This document shows, piece after piece, positions 9,415-17,306 of a stretch of 24,035 nucleotides of DNA (position 1 is its first letter; each line of letters opens with the position of its first letter). Origin of the DNA: a virus (Duplodnaviria; Caudoviricetes); IMG/VR virus record IMGVR_UViG_3300033489_000057, positions 1-24,035 of that record; one strand, 5' to 3'. The notes below the pieces were generated by a model. That model was not told the DNA's origin and searched no databases. It saw nothing but the letters and a program-made list of their open reading frames with translations. The position numbers and the translations under genes are program-made.

Positions 9415-10067
9415 TAGGCTACTCCTTTTTTTAAGTTTTCATTAGCCCATAATGGTTGTAAGTTTGTATAATGAAAACATTCTTTTATTTTTTTATTTAA
9501 CCCATTCTTGTTTTTTATTTTTCCTAATTTAAAACTTGAAACTGATTTTATATGATCTAAGTGCCACCCTTTTAAATTATGATTGTTCCAGTTCATCCCG
9601 TTTTTAAATAATGATTCAATATGTTTTTTAAATTGTAATTTTGTACACCCAACTAATTCTAAAAAAGAAAAATGTTCATGATTGTTTTTTAAAACCATAT
9701 TCAATCTATTTCTTTGATTATCTATTATTCTATAAATTACATCTGTATTTCTTTTTTTCTTTATCCATAGCATAGTTGTTTTGATTTTTTTTTCTTTGTT
9801 TTTTAAATACCAATCTCTTGTTTTTTTATTTTTTAAATCTCTATTTTTTTGTAACCATTTTTTACCAGCCTTTTTATTTATTTCTGGATGTGTTTTTGCA
9901 TACAATGAAGTTCTTTTAATTATTTTTATTTTATTGTTATTATAATATATTTTATATTTTAATCTATTACATTCTTTACAATAACTATATAACCCATTTT
10001 TATTTTGTTTACTTTTAGGGAATTCATTTTCATTTTTAACCATGCCGCATTTATTACAAATCTTCAC
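9414..10067 (-). CDS. HNH homing endonuclease with N-terminal Cys4 zinc ribbon
   Basis: CNKC...CKEC at the N-terminus, basic linker, then WHLDHIK...CFHYTNLQPLWANENLKKG. Probable start is the GTG at 10067 (GTGA overlap); the track gives 10091. Confidence 0.85.
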   Translation of the reverse strand: MKICNKCGMVKNENEFPKSKQNKNGLYSYCKECNRLKYKIYYNNNKIKIIKRTSLYAKTHPEINKKAGKKWLQKNRDLKNKKTRDWYLKNKEKKIKTTMLWIKKKRNTDVIYRIIDNQRNRLNMVLKNNHEHFSFLELVGCTKLQFKKHIESLFKNGMNWNNHNLKGWHLDHIKSVSSFKLGKIKNKNGLNKKIKECFHYTNLQPLWANENLKKGVA

Positions 10068-10594
10068 TTTTTCACCACCTTTTTCAACCATGAAAAATCA
10101 CAAAACACAACATCCGGTTTTCCGTATATCTCATTAACAGCCTTAATAACTCCATTGTGTAAAGGCAAATAATCATGCCCACAAACAAACAATTTAATTT
10201 TTGGACTCCATGTAATTATATCAGCTTTCACAAAGTCATAATCATGACAGCCGTCAATATATATTACATCGAAAGTTTCATTACATTTATTTGCATACCC
10301 AATTGATGTATTTTTAATTTTAATAACATTTTTTAACTTACCTGTTCTCACATCAAAATCTTTTTCAGCTTGACTTGCCTTAAAAGGTTGCATTGAGACA
10401 TGATACAAATCTTGCCTAAAAGGTTCTACTGCATAGACTTTGCCAAAATATTGAGCCAGTATAGATGTACTTTCACCCGCAAAACTACCTATTTCAAGTA
10501 TCGATAATTCTTTTGTGTCATGAGTTTTCCCTATATATTTACATAAATCATGTAATCCTTTTTTAAATTTTTCACTTTTCCTTACTTCGTACAT
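10064..10594 (-). CDS. Class I SAM-dependent methyltransferase (Methyltransf_24-like), paralog 3
   Basis: [33 protein letters not shown]...GVIKAVNE. Confidence 0.88.
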   Translation of the reverse strand: MYEVRKSEKFKKGLHDLCKYIGKTHDTKELSILEIGSFAGESTSILAQYFGKVYAVEPFRQDLYHVSMQPFKASQAEKDFDVRTGKLKNVIKIKNTSIGYANKCNETFDVIYIDGCHDYDFVKADIITWSPKIKLFVCGHDYLPLHNGVIKAVNEIYGKPDVVFCDFSWLKKVVKK

Positions 10595-10595
10595 T

Positions 10596-11117
10596 TTATC
10601 TCCTTACTATCCATGACCAATCCTTAAATGTTCTGTCCGGTTTTCCAAAAGCTTCGTTAACCGCCCTAATAACATCTTCATTAACACCTCTTCTATAATC
10701 ATGCCCGGCAATAAATATTTTTGCATGTGGTAACCATGCCTTAATATCAGCCTTAACATTTTCATATGAATGTTCTCCATCAATATATATTACATCAAAT
10801 TTACCAAGCGTTTTCTCTACATCAAGAGAGTTGCCTTTGAACTTTTTAATGTTTGTTTTCTTTTTAATAAGTTCATCAAAAGCCTTTTCGGCCTCCTTTA
10901 TACACGCGCGCATAGGAGAGTGCTTTTCTATGTTTTCAACACACCATGAGTCAATACATGTAACCTCTTTGAAATAGTCTGCAAATATAGAAGCACTCTC
11001 ACCTGCAAAAGTACCAATCTCAAGCAATGTCATTTTTTGGGTATCAAATCGAGCTTTGATGTGATTACAAAAATCATATAATCCTGTTATATTGTTCCCT
11101 ATTCTTGCTTTTAACAT
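10596..11117 (-). CDS. Class I SAM-dependent methyltransferase (Methyltransf_24-like), paralog 2
   Basis: [33 protein letters not shown]...VIRAVNE. Probable start is the ATG at 11117 after AAGGA; the track gives 11138. Confidence 0.88.
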   Translation of the reverse strand: MLKARIGNNITGLYDFCNHIKARFDTQKMTLLEIGTFAGESASIFADYFKEVTCIDSWCVENIEKHSPMRACIKEAEKAFDELIKKKTNIKKFKGNSLDVEKTLGKFDVIYIDGEHSYENVKADIKAWLPHAKIFIAGHDYRRGVNEDVIRAVNEAFGKPDRTFKDWSWIVRR

Positions 11118-11127
11118 TTTATTTCCT

Positions 11128-11538
11128 TTATTCTTCATAAGTTAAAATATCAAATGGGCACGGCATAAATATTGAAAAAAATTCAATAAAAATAAAAAGC
11201 CCAAAGTGAAAAATCATCGTTAAATATATAAAATTATTTTGTAATAAAATTAAATTTATTAAAGGTATTAACCATGCAAAAAATGGCAATATAAGAGATA
11301 ACACTCTATACCAATAAGCATAATGATTTTTCTTATATGTTCTTTTTTCATATAATTCATATTCTGCGTATCCCCGTATGCACTCACCATAATCGCCCCC
11401 GATAGAATTTCTTATTGTTTCATGAAAATTATATTTGTCATTTTTATTGTAAAATATTATAGATTTAAAAAATAAAAAAAGCATCAATATAATTATTAAA
11501 ATATAATAAATCAAATTAACAATTAAACTTATTAGCAT
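11128..11538 (-). CDS. Hypothetical membrane protein (about 3 TM segments)
   Basis: 136 aa with an N-terminal hydrophobic helix and two C-terminal hydrophobic helices. Very AT-rich; start overlaps the upstream stop by 7 nt. Confidence 0.6.
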   Translation of the reverse strand: MLISLIVNLIYYILIIILMLFLFFKSIIFYNKNDKYNFHETIRNSIGGDYGECIRGYAEYELYEKRTYKKNHYAYWYRVLSLILPFFAWLIPLINLILLQNNFIYLTMIFHFGLFIFIEFFSIFMPCPFDILTYEE

Positions 11539-12056
11539 TTAACCCCCTTAATCCATGACCAGTCCTTGAATGTCCGGTCCGGTTTTCCTAATATTTCATT
11601 AACAGCTAAAATCACGCCGTTTGTATTTACCCTATAATCATGACCGCCTATAAATTTAATTGATTTATCTTTCCATGCCATGACATCAGCTTTGACATCA
11701 TCATACTCATGAAGAGCATCAATATAAACTACATCAAAAAACTTATTTATATTTTTGACGACTTCAGCAGAAGTTCCTTTTATTTTTATTATATTCTTTT
11801 TTTCTTTAACCAACTTATCAATCATGCTCTCTGCTATTTTAACATCCGGCTTCATTGGTATCGGCGCATTTTCAACATCCCACGGATCAACACAATAAAC
11901 AATTTTAAAATAATCAGCAAATATTCGAGCCGATTCACCTTTCCAGCTGCCGATTTCTATTATAGAAAGTTTCTTCGTATCATAAAATTTCTGTATATAG
12001 AATATAAAATCATATAATCCGTCAATTGAATGTTTTGTCGGTCTGCAATTAATCAT
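11532..12056 (-). CDS. Class I SAM-dependent methyltransferase (Methyltransf_24-like), paralog 1
   Basis: IEIGSWKGES, FDVVYIDALHEYDDVKADV, GHDY...GVILAVNE. Probable start is the ATG at 12056 after GGAGG; the track gives 12083. Confidence 0.88.
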   Translation of the reverse strand: MINCRPTKHSIDGLYDFIFYIQKFYDTKKLSIIEIGSWKGESARIFADYFKIVYCVDPWDVENAPIPMKPDVKIAESMIDKLVKEKKNIIKIKGTSAEVVKNINKFFDVVYIDALHEYDDVKADVMAWKDKSIKFIGGHDYRVNTNGVILAVNEILGKPDRTFKDWSWIKGVKC

Positions 12057-12651
12057 TAACCGCCTCCATAAAACAATAATCACATTTCATATTATAATTA
12101 TTTACAAATGTATTTACTATAAATTCTATCCTGTTAAAATATGGTTTCATTATATCATAAATACTTTTAATATCCGGTTCACATAAATGAAAAGAATTAT
12201 AAGAACTTGCTTTATTTTTTCCTATAGGAAAACTTAAAAACAAACGCCCATTCTTTTTTAAACAACAATGTATTTTTTCTATGAATAATTTAATCTCGTT
12301 TAAATCCTGTAAATGTTCAATGGTTTCAATGCAAATAATTTTATCTGCCTGGAATCCTTTTTTAAAAAAGGTATTATAATTTTCAAAACACAAATTGTCT
12401 AATTTAAAATTATTTTGTGCTTTTTCTAAATAAGAATCATTTATATCAAGACCCATTACATAATTAGCATTAAGTGCTATGTTATAACTTCCGTATCCCT
12501 GCCCACATGAACAATCTAGAACGTTATCGTTTTTATTGATCTGTAATCTTTGCATAGCATAAAAATATCTACCCAAGTGATTAAAAAGAGTTCGACAATT
12601 TTCTGCAATTGGTTCTTGAAAATATTTTTGTAAATCTAAAGTATCAATCAT
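12049..12651 (-). CDS. Class I SAM-dependent methyltransferase (type 11/25-like)
   Basis: HLGRYFYA, VLDCSCGQGYGS (motif I), GLDIN, ADKIICIETIEHL, LKKNGRLFLSFP, FHLCE. This pattern is common in surface-glycan loci. Confidence 0.88.
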   Translation of the reverse strand: MIDTLDLQKYFQEPIAENCRTLFNHLGRYFYAMQRLQINKNDNVLDCSCGQGYGSYNIALNANYVMGLDINDSYLEKAQNNFKLDNLCFENYNTFFKKGFQADKIICIETIEHLQDLNEIKLFIEKIHCCLKKNGRLFLSFPIGKNKASSYNSFHLCEPDIKSIYDIMKPYFNRIEFIVNTFVNNYNMKCDYCFMEAVND

Positions 12652-13214
12652 TTTAACCTCTTTATACCTACACCTGTAAACATATCCTTTCTAAATTCGG
12701 GTATTTTATATTCTTTAATTCCAAACAAATTAAGAATTTTTACCAGTGTTTTATTAGGATGTAATACCAGTTCTTTATAATAAATTATGGTTACATTCTT
12801 TTTACCAATCGCCCATTTTTCATATGCTTCTTTAAACTCAATAAGTTCTTTTAAGAGTTTTTTTAAATCCGGCCTTTTTGTTAAAAAATGTACATCTCTT
12901 TTATAGCAATCTAAAACGTGTTCGGGATTTCTCAAAAGTATTATAATCGGTTCTTTGTATTTTTCAAGTTCTTCTAAATGTTCTTTAATAGGAACGAGAT
13001 GATCCCTGTAAATCATAACCTTATCAGTTACAAATCTTTCGATGGTTTCTCTATCCCTTAATCTAATATTTGAATGAAATTTAGCCATTTGAGAAAACTC
13101 TGGTATTTTAATTTTATCATGTTCTAATCTGCAAATTGCATATTGAGATTGAGCATCCCTTATAGTATTGATTAAACTTGTACTGGCCGTTTTCGGCATT
13201 GCCAAAATTAACAT
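12648..13214 (-). CDS. PAPS-dependent sulfotransferase family protein
   Basis: 5'-PSB loop LAMPKTASTSL, 3'-PB-like LLRNPEHVLDCY (Cys at the usual Ser) and YKELVLHP...LVKILNLFG. Confidence 0.75.
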   Translation of the reverse strand: MLILAMPKTASTSLINTIRDAQSQYAICRLEHDKIKIPEFSQMAKFHSNIRLRDRETIERFVTDKVMIYRDHLVPIKEHLEELEKYKEPIIILLRNPEHVLDCYKRDVHFLTKRPDLKKLLKELIEFKEAYEKWAIGKKNVTIIYYKELVLHPNKTLVKILNLFGIKEYKIPEFRKDMFTGVGIKRLK

Positions 13215-13222
13215 ATATTCTC

Positions 13223-14209
13223 CTATAATTCTATATCAGATTTATTATACGTATCTATTTCAAAAGTTTTTGCGTTCATTAACCATTTAGCCTTATTTAT
13301 ATCATGATACATCCTCTCAAATTCTTTAACAATCATTTCTGTGTTCGCTTTTTCCCATACTAATTTTTGACAAGGATTTGCAAAGTTAAAATTACTCCCG
13401 TGTTCGATATTCTCATGAGGTGCACTATCATAATCGAATATTACACATGGCGCCCCGGTAAAATATGCCATCATCATCGTACCCGATCGTGTGCCTAAAA
13501 AGAAATAAGAACTCGCTATCAATGCCATGTCGTATTCTGCTGAATTAAAATAATCTTTTGAAATTATAATGTTTCCTATGCCTCTAAAATAATCAGTTTC
13601 ATTTTTAGTTCCCACGAGAATAAATACAATATCGTTAAGTTTACTTTTTTCAAAAAAGAATTTTAACCATGCGCTTTTATTTGAATTCCTTTGGCTTTCA
13701 CTTTGTGAATTTCTTATATGACATATTACTGGATATTTCCCTGAAAAATTCTTATAAAAATGATAAACATTTTCTAAAGTTCCCTGTCTTAATTCAAACT
13801 TTGGAATATATTTATTGTCTTTATAAAAATCTTGAATGTAATTAAAGTTTTCTCTATATGTATAATCCTTATTCTTAATTCTGCCTAAAGAAGGACAGAC
13901 AACATCATAACTATTCACAAACTTGTATAATTTTTCATAATCGTCAAATATATAAAAAGCATTAACATTTTTATTGCACATTGCTATCTGCATTAAAGTT
14001 GTAAAATGATAATGATAGTTCTTTTTTGTAATACCCTGATAACCGATATATCTTGCGGGTACTTTCGGATCATAAACAAAAGCAATATCAAAACTGTCAA
14101 CTCCATAAATTGTTTTTTCAATCTGTAATCTTTCTAATAATGTTACAAGATCGCCCAAAGAATAGGGTACGGCTCTAAAATCCCAAATTGATAAAATTCT
14201 TTTATCCAT
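13223..14209 (-). CDS. GT-B fold glycosyltransferase (GT9-like)
   Basis: 328 aa with YSLGDL, VICHIRN...RNS, FILVG and MALIASSYFFLGTRSG...GAPCVIF, which resemble the GT9 'GD' and 'G.DSG..H.A...G.P' motifs. Confidence 0.65.
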   Translation of the reverse strand: MDKRILSIWDFRAVPYSLGDLVTLLERLQIEKTIYGVDSFDIAFVYDPKVPARYIGYQGITKKNYHYHFTTLMQIAMCNKNVNAFYIFDDYEKLYKFVNSYDVVCPSLGRIKNKDYTYRENFNYIQDFYKDNKYIPKFELRQGTLENVYHFYKNFSGKYPVICHIRNSQSESQRNSNKSAWLKFFFEKSKLNDIVFILVGTKNETDYFRGIGNIIISKDYFNSAEYDMALIASSYFFLGTRSGTMMMAYFTGAPCVIFDYDSAPHENIEHGSNFNFANPCQKLVWEKANTEMIVKEFERMYHDINKAKWLMNAKTFEIDTYNKSDIEL

Positions 14210-14753
14210 GATTCCTCCTTAAAAACCTTTTCACTCTATTAAATTCATCTATAGTGTCAATATCAAAATCATACGTATCTGGCAAACAAATTGACTCATT
14301 ATCTCTTATATCAAATTTTTCAAGTTGTTTACTTGACCAATAGAACATCGAGCCTGTCGGTTTTGGTTGCAATAAATTATTAAGATTTACAGAATATGCA
14401 GAATTAAAATCATTTAATAAGCATAACGCCATATTTTTTTGTATATTCTTTATATCACGTATAGGGCTGGGTATTGAAAAACAAAAATATTTATCGGCTT
14501 TTATAATCTCATGTACCTTTCTATTTTCTAATATTCCTTGACCTATCATGTTTGATTTAATAATATTTATTTTATATTCTTTTGCTATATCAATCAATCT
14601 TTCAGAATCTGTGAATAAATAATATTGATAAGGTAATTTGTTTACAAATTCAAATGTATATCGGCAAAGTTCTTTCCCTAAAAGTTTTTTATAATTCTTT
14701 CCAGGGAGTCTATAAGATTGATCTTTTGCGCCCGTGAGTAATGCTATTTTCAT
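14202..14753 (-). CDS. neuA: Acylneuraminate cytidylyltransferase (CMP-nonulosonate synthetase), NeuA family, compact
   Basis: 183 aa. P-loop GAKDQSYRLPGKNYKKLLGKEL, FTDS, PSPIR, TGSMFY and DIDTIDEF. Confidence 0.85.
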   Translation of the reverse strand: MKIALLTGAKDQSYRLPGKNYKKLLGKELCRYTFEFVNKLPYQYYLFTDSERLIDIAKEYKINIIKSNMIGQGILENRKVHEIIKADKYFCFSIPSPIRDIKNIQKNMALCLLNDFNSAYSVNLNNLLQPKPTGSMFYWSSKQLEKFDIRDNESICLPDTYDFDIDTIDEFNRVKRFLRRNHG

Positions 14754-16012
14754 TTTATAACCTCATCTATTGCCGATTGATTCTCATACTTTAAGGCTTG
14801 TTTTTTTGCCAACTCACTATATCGAATTCTATCACTGACATTATTTAAAAGCCCTTCAAGCTTAATCTTAAACTCTTCTAAAGTATTACATATAATCCCG
14901 CTTCCGTTTAAAACCTTAACTATTTTATTTTTATTATTATTTAATACTATTATTGAAAGGCCTGAAGCCATTGCCTCAATTATTGTTTTGTCAAAATCAT
15001 CATCGTTTGTATTATAACTAATTGGATATATTGAACATTGACTTAATTCATATGCGTTCTGTTCATCTGTTGCATTAAACACTTCTTTAATTTCAATATC
15101 CGGATATTTAACCTTCATTTCTTTAACAAATGCCTGACAAGCAAATGAGCTATTATGTCTTGAACAAATTATTTTCTTTTCATAATTAACAGGATATTTA
15201 TATAAATATGTTTTAATACCCGTAAATGATTCTGATTTTATTGCTACTTTTTTTTCTGGAAGTATAATTACTTCAAATGGTATGGTTTTAAAATATCCTT
15301 TTAATGTAGTCGATTTTTCAGGGTCACAAATATTTATAATTCTGTCTTTGTATGCTAAAAATAATTTATAAAAATCTTTAATCCTTTTTTCATATGAATT
15401 TATTTCTTCTTTTGTTCGTGGTTTTGATCCGGTATAATTAATCTTATAATGTCCACCTTTGCTTTTATCTCCATTAGTCGAATCATGACCGATAAGATAA
15501 ATAGGATTAGCTCCTGTAATTATTGCTAGATTAAGAGCAGCTATCCCGGATTGACATCGGTATAACCCGCTAGCAATACTTGTACTTACCGGGCTTTTTG
15601 TTTGACGGCCTAAAAATCTAACTGTTTTTTTTACGCCCTTTATTGTTGAAGTTGAATTTTGCTGAAAAAAAGTACCTTGATATTTAGTTAAATCATAGGT
15701 TGTTTTTTGTAGGAAACGTTCATCAAGAAATAAATGAAACTCTGATTTATCCCAGTCTTCTATTAAATGGTTGACTGTTATGGTGTGCATATTTTCTAGT
15801 TTATCAAGATCAATCCCGTTAAGTGCTTGACTGCCGGCAATTACAAAGCATGGTTGATTTTTCCAGCACCCGTTTATGCCTTCGTAACTTCCTAATTTAA
15901 TGACACCGTCAACTGTAAGGTTACCCATTGAGCGTAAATACTCCCAATACCTGTCAGGGTGGAACTTTTTCCAGCGTTTTAAACGTTCGGCGTCCTTAAT
16001 TGTCATTTCCAT
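14750..16012 (-). CDS. CstII/Maf(DUF115)-like nonulosonate transferase domain fused to a GT4-like C-terminal domain
   Basis: N-domain: KNQPCFVIAGSQAL...DLDKL...TITVN and SGIAALNLAIITGANPIYLIGHD, comparable to CstII GNGPSL / SG...A...GYKEIYLSGID. C-domain: DDFDKTIIEAMASGLSIIV...SGII, the GT4 EAMA.G motif. Confidence 0.7.
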   Translation of the reverse strand: MEMTIKDAERLKRWKKFHPDRYWEYLRSMGNLTVDGVIKLGSYEGINGCWKNQPCFVIAGSQALNGIDLDKLENMHTITVNHLIEDWDKSEFHLFLDERFLQKTTYDLTKYQGTFFQQNSTSTIKGVKKTVRFLGRQTKSPVSTSIASGLYRCQSGIAALNLAIITGANPIYLIGHDSTNGDKSKGGHYKINYTGSKPRTKEEINSYEKRIKDFYKLFLAYKDRIINICDPEKSTTLKGYFKTIPFEVIILPEKKVAIKSESFTGIKTYLYKYPVNYEKKIICSRHNSSFACQAFVKEMKVKYPDIEIKEVFNATDEQNAYELSQCSIYPISYNTNDDDFDKTIIEAMASGLSIIVLNNNKNKIVKVLNGSGIICNTLEEFKIKLEGLLNNVSDRIRYSELAKKQALKYENQSAIDEVIK

Positions 16013-16014
16013 AA

Positions 16015-16902
16015 TTATTCCTTTGCATATTTTTCATAATCACCCGTTATCCGTAACGCCTCTGCAAATATCGGATGTATTGAATGTTTGCAGTTAATGT
16101 GGAATGGTGGTAGCATGTCAATAACTTCAAAATCAGGATTTTTCCCTGTTAACGAAAAGACCTTTCCTTCATATTCCTGACAAAGTTCTGTTTCTGTATT
16201 ATGACTTGAAATTTTTACAAGATCAGTATCAAGTTCGTTACAAACGGCAACCGTAGACTCACTTTGAATGGCTCGTAGTTTTGTTCTTGCTACCAATTCA
16301 GCATAATCTTTTACATCATAATTTCGCTCATTGCCATTCTTATCAATAATCAAAACTTTTTCACCTTGTTCTAATAATTTATCTTTTAGTAATTTGCTTG
16401 ACGATGTTCTTTGAATCATGTCGTTGTTATTTATTAAACCCTGATTAAGAAGTTCATTTAATTTCTTTTCAGTAATCGCCGTTTGTTGTGTTGTATACAG
16501 AATTCTATTTATTCTTTTTTCACTTGTCTGTAATGATTGCTGAAAAGTAGCAATTGATTCTTTCATTATCGCTGTATAACTTTGTTTATTGCTATCTCTG
16601 TTAATTACAGTTTTATAATCAATATTTTTATTAACCGGAATCTTATATGCTTTGACTCGTTGTATTTCTTTTTTAATTAAGCCATTAAATGAATCCGGAA
16701 TTTCTGATTTTGACCAATCCATATAGATATTATTTATTTCTCTATACGTTTTATTAAGTTTAACTTTAATACCGGCATAATAAAGATTACTGGTTTCGGT
16801 TGTATATTTTAATTCACTTATTATAGATTTAATTTCTCTTTCTGTATTATCTAAACGGCCTTTTAAATCAGCTATTTTTTCAGCTATTGATTTCACGTTC
16901 AA
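16015..16902 (-). CDS. Phage minor capsid protein (MuF / SPP1 gp7-related)
   Basis: YAELVART, DLVKISSH...LCQEYEGKVFSL and PPFHINCKH. Confidence 0.85.
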   Translation of the reverse strand: MNVKSIAEKIADLKGRLDNTEREIKSIISELKYTTETSNLYYAGIKVKLNKTYREINNIYMDWSKSEIPDSFNGLIKKEIQRVKAYKIPVNKNIDYKTVINRDSNKQSYTAIMKESIATFQQSLQTSEKRINRILYTTQQTAITEKKLNELLNQGLINNNDMIQRTSSSKLLKDKLLEQGEKVLIIDKNGNERNYDVKDYAELVARTKLRAIQSESTVAVCNELDTDLVKISSHNTETELCQEYEGKVFSLTGKNPDFEVIDMLPPFHINCKHSIHPIFAEALRITGDYEKYAKE

Positions 16903-17290
16903 TAACTCCTATTTGTGTAGAATTATTATTAAAATAATCTGCAATTAAATTCTTAATATAAATAGGTAAGGTTTGTCCTGACAAACTTTCGCTAAAATTT
17001 AAAACACTAAAATTAGTAACCCCTGAAGCTGTGAGATTAGCTCTTTTTTTCCATTGTTCGTAATACTCAAAAATAAATTGTATAGTTTCACATTGAGCCT
17101 TCTTAACATTATCGGTAGTGTTATCATCAGCAATATTATACCCCATAGAAAGAATAAAATTTTTTGACGTTACCGCTAACTGCTCTTTTTCTTCTAAAGA
17201 TAGGAGCGCCCAAAAGGACGCCCCATATTTTTTATTAAAATAAGAGTCAGCATAAATAATTGTTACCCACGATTCATTAGTTCCAAGCAT
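16880..17290 (-). CDS. Head-tail adaptor (connector) protein
   Basis: 136 aa directly after the capsid gene: SWVTIIYADSYF...W..LS.EEKEQL...VKKAQCE...GVTNFSV..FSES. Confidence 0.75.
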   Translation of the reverse strand: MLGTNESWVTIIYADSYFNKKYGASFWALLSLEEKEQLAVTSKNFILSMGYNIADDNTTDNVKKAQCETIQFIFEYYEQWKKRANLTASGVTNFSVLNFSESLSGQTLPIYIKNLIADYFNNNSTQIGVIEREINS

Positions 17291-17306
17291 TACCTGACCC
17301 CCATTT

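Noticed and set aside
10600-11600. Near-identical DNA at the 3' ends of two methyltransferases as a possible DGR template/variable repeat pair
   Set aside because: The differences I checked are synonymous and not adenine-specific, both copies are coding, and there is no reverse transcriptase in the window.
10064-12651. Methyltransferases as DNA methyltransferases or a DNA hypermodification system
   Set aside because: No DPPY/NPPY or PC catalytic motifs. They resemble small-molecule/glycan methyltransferases and sit in the late operon, not among replication genes. A DNA acceptor is not formally excluded.
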